A stretch of 64,000 nt of DNA from assembly GCA_032718475.1 (NCBI GenBank), contig JAUCBJ010003862.1, forward strand, positions 17,167-81,166, in the 5' to 3' direction. The notes under the pieces are model-generated. The model ran no database searches, was not told the origin of the DNA, and saw nothing but the letters and a program-made list of their open reading frames with translations. The stretch comes from Nemertoderma westbladi. Its lineage: Eukaryota; Animalia; Xenacoelomorpha. Position numbers and translations under genes: made by a program. Positions 23,830 through 36,518 of the stretch are shown here, in pieces (the first letter of the stretch is position 1; the number at the start of each line of letters is the position of its first letter).

Positions 23830-24085
23830 ACCTGGGGAGGGGGGGGGGGGTATTGCCGATAGGTGCATGGGCCCCAACATGATAACATCAAACCCAGTAC
23901 CAAACATAACACCGGGGGGGGGGGGGGGGGCAGGGTGACATTCCCCTATTGCAGTATCAGCAATACACGCAGGCAAGAACAGAAACCCCAAACCCCTCAG
24001 ACCCAAATAAGTCGTGCAACACGAAAATATGGAGGGGACTGTTACCCCTGATGATATATCCAACGCAAGGAAAGTCGACGGGCCC
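23830..24085 (+). pseudogene. Gag 5' fragment related to element 4714-16997, in opposite orientation
   Basis: Reverse-complement match to ~15450-15710 (GGGGGRVTFP.Y.ISN...QEQKPQTP.T.I....YGGDCYP). Confidence 0.8.
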
Positions 24086-24270
24086 GAAGGAATAAACTTA
24101 GGGACATGAAGGTTGCAAATTACTTGCATAAACTCTGAATAATAAGTATTATGCTACCTTTACAGATTATCAAAACAAAACACAAACTGAAATGCTGACA
24201 GACCACCATCAAATCTAAAATATTTCAATAAAATATAAAATAAAATATTTCAATCACCAAAACCTCGGAA

Positions 24271-25932
24271 ATGGCTGAAGTATTTAACATTTTCTTCACT
24301 ACTGTAGGTCCAAAATTAGCTGCTATTATTGCCCACTCACCACGCTCACCCACAAGATATATTAGTCATAAAAAATACAATTCCTTTAGTCTCATAGAAA
24401 CGTCTGCTGTTGAAGTTCACTATCACTTGTTAAATTTAAATGAAAATTCATCCACTAATGATGCATTTCCGGTGAAACTGGTAAAATTGGCCGCCAGTAT
24501 AATAAGCATACATCTAGCTAATTTAATTAATTCTAGTATTAAATCAGGTTTATTTCCAGACAGTTTAAAGAAAGCTAAGGTAATTCCAGCTTATAAAGGT
24601 GATGATCCTTGTGACACTTCTAATTATCGTCCAATTTCACTGCTTCCGGTATTTAGTAAAATATTTGAGACTATTATTTATTCTCAGTTAATTTTATATC
24701 TGGACAAAAACTTAATTTTAACACGCAACCAACACGGTTTTAGGAAAAAACATACAACATCGGAGGCAATTTTACAAATTGTTGAAAAATTGAGGTCTAT
24801 CTTGGATGACAGGGATTCTGCTTGTGTCGTATATATCGACCTTAAAAAGGCGTTTGATACGCTAGATCACTCAATTTTATTAAAAAAATTAGATTCATAC
24901 GGCATAAGGGGTATCCCTCATTCACTCTTTTCTAGTTACCTTTCCAATCGTTTGCAGCGTGTTTCATTAGGCGGCTCTTATTCAACTTATAAATCTATTT
25001 TATGTGGTATTCCTCAAGGCTCGATTCTGGGCCCCATACTTTTTTTGTTATATATCAATGATTTACCAAATTGTAGTGATTTCGTTACCACTTTATTTGC
25101 AGATGACACTTCGCTAATGTTACACGATAAGGATTTATTACAGCTTTCTAATAGAACCAATTCAAATCTTGTTCACATTTCAAATTGGCTGATTGACAAT
25201 AAATTGTCTCTCAATATAAAAAAGACCGAATACACACTTTACACTAACAAACAAAATGCCCCGTCGTTCCCTAGTATTATAATTAATGATCAAGTAATTA
25301 ATAGAGTAGACAGGACAAAATATCTAGGTATACTTATTGATAGGCAGTTAAACTTTCGATCCCATGTACAATATATATATAATAAAATATCTAAGTCTGG
25401 AGGAATTTTTTATAGACTCAGACATGTATTTCCATTGCACATTTTACGTACTTTATTCTTTGCTCTAATATATCCCTATATACAGTTTGGACTAATTGTT
25501 TGGGGAAGTACATATACATCTATTACTAGTCCAATTAGGATAAAAATAAATAAAATTATACGAGTTATGACATTCAGACATTATCAAGCCTCGTCATTAC
25601 CCATATATCAACGCCTAAGTATACTTCCATTAGAACAATTATATAAATACCAAGTTTGTAAATTGATGTTTGATATTCATAATAATGCCAAATCTTCATT
25701 AACCCATCTTTTTAGGAAATTTTCATCAACCCATTCGTACAATACACGTTCATCAGCATCAGGATCATTTATACTTCCCCTTGTGCGTCTTAATGTAGCC
25801 CATCAGTCTCTTGCATTGCAAGGTCCACTGATTTGGAATAACATAAACCCCTCTATTAGAAAAATTACAAGTAAACCGATCTTTTTGAAAAAAATAAAAG
25901 ATTTGTTACTCAACCTTCACTCAGAGCTTTAG
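24271..25932 (+). CDS. L2/Crack/Daphne-like LINE ORF2 (RT domain, 5'-truncated, no APE endonuclease)
   Basis: NYRPISLLP, QHGFR, DLKKAFDT, GIPQGSILGPILF, LFADDT, KYLGI, HSYNTR; 3' UTR ending in (atctt)n near 26500. Confidence 0.92.
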   Translation: MAEVFNIFFTTVGPKLAAIIAHSPRSPTRYISHKKYNSFSLIETSAVEVHYHLLNLNENSSTNDAFPVKLVKLAASIISIHLANLINSSIKSGLFPDSLKKAKVIPAYKGDDPCDTSNYRPISLLPVFSKIFETIIYSQLILYLDKNLILTRNQHGFRKKHTTSEAILQIVEKLRSILDDRDSACVVYIDLKKAFDTLDHSILLKKLDSYGIRGIPHSLFSSYLSNRLQRVSLGGSYSTYKSILCGIPQGSILGPILFLLYINDLPNCSDFVTTLFADDTSLMLHDKDLLQLSNRTNSNLVHISNWLIDNKLSLNIKKTEYTLYTNKQNAPSFPSIIINDQVINRVDRTKYLGILIDRQLNFRSHVQYIYNKISKSGGIFYRLRHVFPLHILRTLFFALIYPYIQFGLIVWGSTYTSITSPIRIKINKIIRVMTFRHYQASSLPIYQRLSILPLEQLYKYQVCKLMFDIHNNAKSSLTHLFRKFSSTHSYNTRSSASGSFILPLVRLNVAHQSLALQGPLIWNNINPSIRKITSKPIFLKKIKDLLLNLHSEL

Positions 25933-28539
25933 AATTTTTTATACAACCTGGAAAATAGGTAGTAATAATAAGGAAATAAGTATTATATTTTTATCTTAAT
26001 CTATATAACATTTGTTCGTAGCAATACAAATTCAGCTTCCGTAAAAATAATACATTGTTGATGACACCGACAGCTAAATGATATTAATATTATTTATTAA
26101 CGTTTTATACTTTCAATTAAATATTTTAACATTAATCGTAGCAGCAACCCACCCCCCCCCCCCCCCCACAGGGGGACAGTAAACCACTAGCTAAGCTATT
26201 ATACTGTCCTCCTGCCATAAACTACTTTATGCTAAACAAAGATAATAAATAATCTTTATCTGCCAAGATATTTCCGTCATTACCATAAGTTATTTTAATA
26301 TTTTTTTTCGAAGTTGCTTATGAGTTACTTACTTACTGGTTCTAATATTACTTGGTGTGTTCATTTTATGGCAGCGGTTATGGTCCCCAGACATATTTTT
26401 GGTTTAGCAACAGGACGACATTTCGTCTTTTTTGTCTGTGCAATTTGTTTTTTGTTTTGTTTATGGAAAAATAAATTTCTTATCTTTCTTATCTTATCTA
26501 ATAAACTACAGTAGATGAAGTTTCTGAAATTATTAGTTAGTACACGTTCCAAACTACGTGGTACGACTTATTCTTTAATGGGGGGTTTACCTTACAGCAA
26601 TGGATGCCCCAACTACCTAACTAGCACTTTATCGTACCAATAACCTACAATACCGTAATCTACTTCAAATCCAACAATAATCGGGCCTATGGAATACTTC
26701 TACAATCTGAGCAGGATTACACACCTTCTGCTCAATATTACACTTACAGATAAATAAACAAAGTTGACAGAAATACGTAAAATCTCAATAAAAAACCAGG
26801 GCTGCAGTCCCTGATTAACTACTAAGACCTACTGATATATAATTATCACAATAGAATTAATACTGCTATACGGCACTGGACCAGCACTGCTAGGCCTACA
26901 GGTTACCGTTTGACCGGTAAGTACAGGTTTATTGTCCTACGGAACAATAAAAAGAATAAATCTATTACTGTTCGCGCTTTTAGACCTTTAACAGTTTAAC
27001 CTGCTAATTTATATGTTTATTAATACCTGACAGCCCAATACAAATGAGCACAGCCGAAGCCAGTCTAGCACGGCGTATGACCCGCCGGAGGTGGGAGACT
27101 GGATTCGATAGCAGAGAGAGCCATAGGACACCTTGTATCATTCAATTGATCTTTACAATATAATCTCCAAAACTCCCAACTATTTACATTAATCCATGTT
27201 ATAAATTACAACAGATTATAACAGCGTAAATCAGTATAAAATTGCGGTGTTGCGGCAATATCAGACAGTCAGTATGTGTCGCAGTGTAAGTATGCAAAGT
27301 CTGAGAAATTAACGTGATGCAAACGTATAGACGTGTCAATGTTGTGTCAACGTGTAATAGATTTGCGTTCTGTATCTCTCTAGCCACTGGTGTTTCTGGG
27401 CGCAAAGTCAGGAAGTGTATAAACACTCACACTGAGGGGCTGCAAGAATATTATTGCCTAAGTAGTCCAAAAAGCATGAATCACATTGAACGCTGTAGAA
27501 CATATGGAAACTGCAAGAACTTCTAATCAGGGACCAGTAACCATGCCATCAACCCATAACCAATCGATCCGGTAATTCAGGCTATGGAGTGACGTAGGGG
27601 GAAAAGTATACTGATTGGACAGTGAACAACACAGAAGGATGCAAACAAAGAGAATAGTATCCAATGGCTGGTGATTTCGTAATCTGAGCATCTGGGTTTC
27701 TGTAGGAGTACACAGGAAAGTGCTATACTTAGAATAAACGCTGGAGGGAGTAAGTTCACATTAGTTCATAAAATACAAAGTTCTTAAGAGTTTTTCAAGG
27801 GTTTAGAGTAACCAGCGCATTGTGTAAAAATGGGGTCATTTTGGCCGCAAAAGTTTTAACAATCATTTACATTTATATGTAAAATTTATATATATTTATT
27901 ATTACTATAATGTTATATTGGTTATTAAATTCTGTATTATGTTGTCTTTAGTTTATCATATTTTCATTTGATCAAATTATGAAGTGGACAACACGTCATA
28001 TGCTGAATGGCATCTAATCTAATATACTTAGTTAGTAACAAAGCCTTTTATACTTGGGTTGATTGGTGTGGCCAGGGTCTGGTGTGGGTTGGTTGATTAG
28101 TTGCCAGGGTAATATGTTCTAGAATAACGACATAGGAAGTATAGAAACAATTGACATTTTCAAATAAAAAAAATGCAGAGAGCTGCTGAGCTGAAGATTT
28201 ACGAAGACGGTTGAACCAAGCCCGAATTTCATGTCAGGCAAACGAGACTTACTGCTGCGCTGGTACTTCTATCACTTTCCGTTCACTAGTACCAAAGGTA
28301 TTGTCCGTGGTAATTTCCTGCACATTTAAGGCCCGGGTTCTTACCTTGAATCAATCCTTGTTCCCCGCGCTTTATTATTATTTTTTTTTTTTATTTATTT
28401 TTTATTGCTATTTTCACTTAATTAACAGCTATAATTTCTTTGCATTGCAGTTATTAATTTTTGCAGATTATAACACGAGAAATGTCTGAAATGCAGGTTA
28501 AAGTAACCAATAATAACTAACGCACGTAGGCCATTTGAT

Positions 28540-28830
28540 TAAAAAGTACATTGACACCATGATTCAAGTGAAAAATTAGCTTCTATTTAGGTAAAACTAA
28601 CTAATGTTTGGCTAATAGCCATAAGTGTAGAATCCTGTACCGAACACAGATTTGGTAGGATATATCGTTGCTTTTATGATATCTCTCTAAACGGGATATA
28701 GACTAGGATTACCTCTTTAATTTCAATTACTAATGTATCTTCAAAATTGTTATCTAAAATTTCAATTAATTAATGTTGACTAATAATTATAATTATTATT
28801 ACATTATTAGCGTCAACGCGCAAAAAATTG
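28540..28830 (+). repeat. Diverged duplicate of the transporter gene 3' end (last codons, stop, 3' UTR) lacking the MITE
   Basis: aaaaagtacattgacaccatgattcaag... matches 18058-18226 joined to 18701-18825. Confidence 0.88.
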
Positions 28831-28949
28831 TTAAAAAATTGTAAAAATGTCTAAATGTCGAAAAAAATGTATATGTTATTAGCTAAGGGAGTCATTGTGG
28901 TTAACCAGAGAGAAGAATGGCGTCTCCATTATGGATCTCATATCAGATG

Positions 28950-29190
28950 GGACACCTAGAAGTGGTCAAGGAGCTTCTTAAATCCGGTGCCTCTTTGTTT
29001 CACTTTGTTCAGTAGAAGTTGTACACCTGCTAGCGTATTAGAGAGCACGTCAATGTCATCCGCAAAATCTGTACCTGTGACTATATGAGTGAGTTCTTGC
29101 ATTATGAACCCAAGATTGTCACCAGTTATGGCAGTGCTCACTGCATAATCCACAATTATGATTAGTAGTTGTCTCCTTTGTAAAAGTATT
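28950..29190 (-). pseudogene. Decayed RTE-type RT fragment
   Basis: IIIVDYAV and TDFADDIDVLSNTL motifs. Confidence 0.55.
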
Positions 29191-30248
29191 TGCGGCAAAA
29201 ATGTGTCCTTTTGTGCAATACGTGAAATACTCTAAATCCAGCAATCTCTCAAGAGATTTGAGAACGCATCGACATCACATATGAAACGCCCTGTAGCGTT
29301 TATTTTTAGTATAGAGCTCTCATGATGAAATCGCTAGGCATTGGTCAATATTTTTCTTTGTTCCATAGCTCCTGTGCTATTTGAACAGCCAATCAGCACA
29401 ATTTTCACTTTACGGATTCCTGAGAGTTTGTTTACATATGAATATGCCGCAATACAACAAAATCATTCAATCTGACTTCTTCCCTAGACCAATGAAATGA
29501 CACAATGACCAATGACACAATGAAATTATGCAAGTTGATGCAGCACATAGATCCTATCGTGTTTCAATCTGAAACCCAACCTTGGTGCATGACCTACTAT
29601 AGATACGACCCGCCAAGCTGCTGCAAAGCCCCTAACTTTAGTGGGCCAGTTATTTCTCTTAGATGGAACCCCTGAAACAATAGGTCTTTCGACGAAAGTA
29701 CTTGCCCCTAACGAAAATTATATCCTCTTTCAGATGAGATAAATAAAAAGTCAATAGCTCTAGTAGTTTTCGAGATATGAGGAGTTCCTGGCACCCATAC
29801 CATTTCGGAACCTTTGGAAATTGATAAAATTACACAAAATACAATCACCCTTCAGAGACTTGGGTACAACCATGAAACCATACTATGATTTTTTGGTTTG
29901 TTGAATTCATTATTAGTAATCGAAAGTAAGATTAGAAGCAAAATTTTCATTTTTTTATCAATATATACTAAAAGAGCACCAAAAGTGGAAGTAGCACTTT
30001 TTTCAAACGTTGTAAATTGGCCATACAGTTTGGCTACTGAGGTTTTAGAAGGTTTATTCCTCTACCTAAATCAAACATATCGAAGAGTTGTGTAATATAA
30101 CAACATAGGCATGTTGTTATATTTAGTTATTAGTCAGTTATTTGTTTCCCTGGAGCACGAAAAAAACAAGTAGTGGAAATATGATAATGAAAAATCACCA
30201 CGAAAACAAATTGATTTTATGACCATGTGGTTCTTTTGGGATGCTGAT

Positions 30249-30858
30249 AGTAGTAGGAGAAGAGGTGACCCCAACGAACTCCTCCCTAGCTTGGGCTATG
30301 GGCTACATCTCGGAGGACTATTAAAAATGCCAAATTCCGATGCTAAATTACGGCGTTTAATTGCCTACATCTGTCACCATCGAGGTAGTTACCATCAACC
30401 AATCGTAGCGTATTCACCTACGCGTAGCCTAACCTCGCGTTGCCCACCTTATTCAACGGCAGCTGTTACCTACCAACCGATAGTATTGATTCGTGTCGTT
30501 GCAACAACCATCCATTGCATATTCATCTTCGCGTAGCCTAACTTCTCGACGCATGGCTAGCCCCCAACCCATCGCTATTCGATCAACCAACCAACAGCGA
30601 TACACCCTCCGATTATTCCCCTTTTCGCCACGCTACCACCTCCACATACTGTATATGGTGACTAAAACGATAACGTGGCCATCTACACGATGCATATACC
30701 AAGTCATTATATTACAGTATATTATATCGATTGCCAACTCAACGATTTACGTCCCTCCGTTGATAGAGCTACTCAACTGCTGTCGCCAAACCAACAAACC
30801 AACCACTCAGTATGATACATGTGCATGAAATTCCGCCACGTTCCAGCTACACGTATAC
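30249..30858 (+). repeat. Polinton left TIR
   Basis: Inverse of 47903-48525 with small indels. Confidence 0.95.
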
Positions 30859-31177
30859 GAACATTTCCAAGTAGTTACTCAAGCTAACCGATCCCACAGC
30901 ATCTGTGCCATATTGAAAGGCTACTACTACTAACATTATACTGAGCGTTTTTATAATAATTATTGATTATTATTACACACAACCCTATGATTCATATTCT
31001 TTCACATATTTCCTATCCACGTAACCAACCAACCATTCAACCACGTTGCACCCCATCTCTTTTCTTATTCGTCGATGATTATGACACGTCCCATCTCTCC
31101 TTCGTTGACTATGCCACATCACAAATTTATATATAACTGAATGTTTTTAATAAAATTCATCACTTGTAATCTTCATG

Positions 31178-31475
31178 GTAATATATTGATACCATATCTA
31201 ATTTTTTTTGTTCTCACTCTGACATTGTGTTATTTCCTTAATAATTTATACATTATCTTACTCGTTGTATATTCGTTGGTCGGAAAACGACACCACATAA
31301 AATGATACTGATTCCAGCATTGGGTATCGACCTAAAAACGAAAATCTGAGCTACGTGTCTCACACGATTTTTGTTTTTGAGTCGATACCTAATGTCGAAC
31401 TCAGTATCATTTTATCAGCTGTCGTTTTCCGACCATCACAATTTTAGAGTGAGAACTATGGTGTCAATTTATTAC
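31178..31475. repeat. ~300-bp imperfect hairpin flanked by 20-bp direct repeats
   Basis: Arms ggtcggaaaacgaca...gtatcgac / gtcgatac...tgtcgttttccgacc; taaaattYatcacttgtaat at 31151-31170 and 31488-31507. Confidence 0.75.
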
Positions 31476-31529
31476 AGCGATACGGTTTAAAATTTATCAC
31501 TTGTAATATTTTTCGTATTTATTATTATT

Positions 31530-32594
31530 ATGGCCTTAACGCAAAAAACCGGAGCAACAAATAGCTGGAAATTTACTTACAATAAATATACTTGTACCGT
31601 CGTTCACAGCAAGTATTTTATTGTGGAATCTCAGGAGGACAACGAATCAATTTGTTTTTCCCATCAAGATACCCGCTATTTGTTAGACATTCTAGAAACA
31701 ACCAACAACAACCAACATCAATCCAGACCAGCAATTATACCAGGTAGGATATATCCCACTCTTCGTTTTGCGCGGGGAAATTTGAATATTTCCATCAACC
31801 CCACATCGGGTGATGTTTACGTTCAGAAACAAGGCAAATGTAAAGTTCTCAACAAAGCTTTTACTGAAGTTCTAATTCAATACAGAGGGAAATTATTGCA
31901 ATTTCTCTCTCCACCACTAGAGATTATTAGCGATCAATTCTACATTGAATTATCAAATCCAGAGTTTATTGGATTTGTAACAGCTTTTAAAGGAACCAAC
32001 TATGTTGGCTTATGGAAAATCAGCCTCAGATACGCTGATAGTGTTGGTTTTAACTATTATACAGGTTTCAATTTGTCAGAACAGGAACTAACTGTTTTGT
32101 TGCGAGAGTGGGACAACCAAGTCGATGAAACAGACAAGCATCTTTTTGATAAAAATATCATTCAATTATCAGACCGTCTCAAAATGATTAAAACCAATAA
32201 TAAAAAAATTATTATCACCAACACCGATAATTCTACTGAAGTAGGGGCCGGCGGAAATTCTATCGAGTTGCATTACTTGAATGATAAAGCCCATATTAGT
32301 TTTCTCAAAGAGGCTATGGATGGCGTTTCTCTTATTGAAGCCAATGTTTACGGTTTTGTCCTTTTGGATAAACCTAAAGCTTTCGTAGAGATCCCATCAC
32401 CTAATCCGGATGTTGAAGAGAGTTGCTCTCAACCGCAACAGGTCTTTCCTGAAATATTACCTCGGAAGCCAAGATCATCGAGTAAATTTACCAACACATC
32501 ACCTGCAAAGAAACAGAAAGTTGTCAGTAACCCAGCTCTAGTAGAGCCTGTTACTAATTCTCCATGGAAACCTGATTATTATCCTAATATGTAA
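31530..32594 (+). CDS. Polinton accessory protein with PC4/Sub1-like ssDNA-binding domain(s)
   Basis: FVTAFKGTNYVGLWK...GFNLSEQELTVL resembles PC4 V..FKG..YV.IR...GI.L..EQW..L; basic NLS-like tail SPAKKQK. Confidence 0.55.
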   Translation: MALTQKTGATNSWKFTYNKYTCTVVHSKYFIVESQEDNESICFSHQDTRYLLDILETTNNNQHQSRPAIIPGRIYPTLRFARGNLNISINPTSGDVYVQKQGKCKVLNKAFTEVLIQYRGKLLQFLSPPLEIISDQFYIELSNPEFIGFVTAFKGTNYVGLWKISLRYADSVGFNYYTGFNLSEQELTVLLREWDNQVDETDKHLFDKNIIQLSDRLKMIKTNNKKIIITNTDNSTEVGAGGNSIELHYLNDKAHISFLKEAMDGVSLIEANVYGFVLLDKPKAFVEIPSPNPDVEESCSQPQQVFPEILPRKPRSSSKFTNTSPAKKQKVVSNPALVEPVTNSPWKPDYYPNM

Positions 32595-32795
32595 ACCTAA
32601 TCATAAGTTAAACTCTTTGTGGTTTCTAATAGTCATAAGCGATTGGTGATTGGTGATTGGTTTAAAATTATTTCCCTCACTAGCATATAAATGTTTAGAT
32701 ATAGTCAATAACATTTCATTTCATTTCATTTTAATCTTTGGACATATTTTATTATTATTATTATTATTTATCTAAACAAACTAACAAACTTCAAC

Positions 32796-35700
32796 ATGGA
32801 TAAAATAACAATATGTTGTTCATTCTGTCATATGAATATAACTAGACATAATTACTTACGCCACCTACGGTCACATTTTGAAAGTTATTCTTGTTTTAAG
32901 TGTCATGTTGTGACTTCATGCAGCGAAATTTGTAAACGACATGAATCGACTACTGGTTGTAAAGAAATGGAGTTCCGTACCTATCAATTGACTTGTTCTA
33001 CCTGTAATAAAGAGTATACATATGAGAATTATATACGACACGACTGTCACTTGAAATGTTACTACACAAGAAAGCGTAAATTTCCGCAACATAAAAATAT
33101 AATATCCAGAAAAAACTTGGTGCTTGGTACATGCGCAACAATTTTTACGCGGAAACAAGAAGCTCACGATAATCGTCTTGAAATTTATGTCCACGACCTC
33201 CCAACTTCTAGAGATTATCCCGATGTAGAAACAGCATTAGCACAAATTCGAGGTAATATTCTTCAGTTAATATTAGATAGATTGAAAGAAATGAATGTTC
33301 TTAGACTGTGGTTAGGTCTAAATGTATTAATGTACAGATCACATTTTTCAGAAGGCGAGCAATTGGAAACCTTTTATTTTAATTCTTCCGGTGGTGCTAT
33401 TAATACTGTAGATTCGCCGCAAAGTTTTGACACATGGTTTGAGTATGTTGTGGAAAATATATTACAAAAAATAGCCATCTTTAACACACGTGGTTCGGGA
33501 TGGCGTATTAAATCTTTATTAAGGGTTGAAATTAAATTAGCTGAATCTAAGTGTAGGTCGTTACTATATAAGGGGCATGGATATATGGAATTACCTAAGG
33601 CTCTATCAGCTAAAAAATGTACAATAAATATTCAAACGGTAGATAATGACTGTTTCAAATGGGCTATTATAGCCGCAAAATTTAGTAGCAAAGTGAAAGA
33701 TCACAAAAACCGTACTTAATCGTACAAAAATTATGAGTCATTTCATTTTTGACAACGGGAACAAAGATTATCCAACAGAGTGGCAGTTAGCGATTAAACT
33801 TTTTGAAAAACAAAATTCAAAATATATAATTAATTTACTATGTTGGAATAACGACAACAAATGCGCCCCCGTATCTATATTAAGACAACCACCGTTTAGT
33901 AAAATTACACCCGATAAAGAGTTATTAAATATATTACTTGTAGTAAAAATAACAATGTACCTAAACTGAATCATTATGTTTGCATAACTAACTTGAATCG
34001 ATTGCTGAATACGAGAGCTCTTCATATCGGGAATAGGAAATATTGTGAAAGGTGTTTGGCTCATTTTTTTCAAGCTACTTTTTCATGCTACCAAGGAAGA
34101 AGTCAACGAGAGACACTACCTAATAAAAAAAGAACACACATTAGTTTTACAAATTTAGATAGAACCTTATCCCCATTGTTTGTCACCTACTTTGATATAG
34201 AATGTATCTTACAACCTTCAGTTAATAATCAATTTATACAGGAGCATATACCGTGTGCTGCGAGTTATTTAATTGTTCCCAATACTAAATTAATTAACCC
34301 CCCAAAATGTCATTTGAAAACATTCGTAAAGTCAAATAATAATAATAATTGTATTCAAGATTTCTTAGATTCATTATATTTTGATTTAACTGAATTATGT
34401 TGTTGGTCAGACATATACACTCATAAAACTATGTCATTTACTAATATTGATTTTGTAAATTTTGAACAGGCAAAATTTTGTTTCTATTGTAATGTTACTT
34501 TAAATAATAATGTTGGGAAAAACAGACATCATTCACATATTACAGGTAAATATATTGCAGCAGCCTGTAATAGTTGTAACCGAAGTTTATCATTGAAACG
34601 ATACCTGTATGTACTTTGCGGGCACAATTCCAGTAATTACGATATACATTGTATATTACAAACCGGATTTAGAGATAAGAAATACACCGATTGGGATATA
34701 AAGGTTATACCGAGAAATACAGAACGATATATTTCACTGAGTGCGTTTATCCCAATTAAAAACACTTCTAAAAAAATTGAGTTACGTTTCTTAGACACAT
34801 ATCAATTTTTAAGCTTTTCCCTAAGTAATTTAGTTGAGTGTTCAACAAAGGATGTAGCGAGTCATGATATAAGCTCAATTTTACCTATTACTCTACAAGA
34901 AATGAAATATTTTTATCCAAACTTGAATAACTCAACAATTAAACGGAAAGGAGTATTTCCATACGAGTACTTGACAGATATTAATAAATTTAATGATACT
35001 GGTTTGCCGTCTATAAATAATTTTTTTAGTAACTTAACACAAAAAACATGCACAATTGAAGATTATAGGTTTGCAGGATTATCATGGGTAGAATTCGACT
35101 GTGTGAATCTCAAAGATTATCTTTTAGCCTATTTAAAACTCGATGTTTGTTTGCTTGCTGATATATTTGAGAATTTTAGGAATGTTTGTAAACAAAATTA
35201 CGATTTAGAAGTGGTTTTTTACTGTAGTATTGCGTCATTTACCTATGATTGCGCGCTAAAATATAATAAATGTAAAATAGAATTAATAAAGGATTATCAA
35301 ACATATAGAGATTTTGAAAAATCAATTAGGGGTGGTGTTTCATTTTGTCGAAAGCATTATATAGAATCAAATATACCTGGAACAAGTACATATGATTCTA
35401 CTAAGGAAGAATGTCATATTTTTAATATTGATTTCAACTCTTTATATTCTGGGAATTTAAGTAAAAAACTACCCACCTCGCAATTCAAAGAAGTAAGTAT
35501 TAAACATTTAGAGAATGCAATTCCAGAAAAACTAATCGAGTACTTGGTAGATTTAGACATTGATGGATCTACTGGATATTTTTTAATATGTGATTTAAAT
35601 TATCCCAAGGCTATTCACGATCAAACATTACAATTACCGTTAGCCCCTGAGCATTTAAGTATAAATGAAACAATGCTTTCGCCTTATATGAGGGAACAAT

Positions 35701-36518
35701 TTAATAATTTATCGATACAAAGAGGTACCTCCCGTAAATATAGGATGTCTACACCAAAACTCTTGCTGACGCAATTTGATAAAGAGTTTTATCATTTACA
35801 TTTGAAACTGTTAAAATTTTATATAAAACATGGATTAATTGTTACTAAACTACATAAATTATATTCTTTTCAACAAGAATTTGTATTTAAAAATTACATA
35901 GATTTTAATATTAATCAAAGGCACCTAGCAAAAAGTTACATTGAAACTGCTGTCGCGAAATTGCTCAATAATTCACTGTTTGGCAAATCAATAGAGAGGA
36001 TACGAGACCGATGTAACTTTCGTATCGCAAATAGCAACGATAAATGCGATCAATTGGTAAATCGTATTAATCATGAACAATTTATAATATACAATAATAC
36101 ATTATCGGGACATTTATTAGTGAAAGACTCTGTAACTCTCGATAAGCCTATATTTATTGGTAGCGCTGTGTTGGACTTGGCTAAATTGGATATGTATGAG
36201 CTGTACAATAAATTGCTACCTATTGAGAAAGAATTAAACTGTCGTATTGAAATTGCCGCATCAGACACTGACTCATTGATAGGTTGTTATTATAATACAT
36301 CGCAGAATAATTTTTTAAAAGCATTAATTAAAAATAATATTTTAGATACTTCCAATTACCCTAAGGATCACCCCCTCTTGGCTTAATAAAAATCAATCGC
36401 TTCCTTGGGGGCACTATAAAACAAACCTCAAAAAACCTATAAAAATATCAAATTTACCAATTTATGAAGAACCAAAAGACGACGGTGTTGATGATGATGA
36501 ATTATCAAATAGTAAATA
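32796..36518 (+). pseudogene. Protein-primed DNA polymerase B with N-terminal zinc fingers and EndoVII-like insert; frameshifted and internally deleted
   Basis: Exo motifs YFDIE, GHNSSNYD, RFLDT, YLKLDV; RKGVFPYEY; DFNSLY, KLLNNSLFGK, SDTDS; RHHSHITGKY..ACNSCN; track ORFs 32796-33719, 33733-33969, 33993-36386; terminal LPWGHY just after 36386. Confidence 0.93.

Larger units (their letters stand above)
19065..27861 (-). mobile_element. Non-autonomous LTR element carrying an accessory ORF, a foreign gag fragment and a LINE insertion
   Basis: TG...CA LTRs 19065-20275 and 26969-27861 (differ by indels); TSD ATCAT (19060-19064, 27862-27866). Confidence 0.9.

Noticed and set aside
30219-30828. ORFs in the Polinton TIRs (also 48250-48534)
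   Set aside because: Mirror ORFs crossing the element boundary, no motifs; likely non-coding TIR
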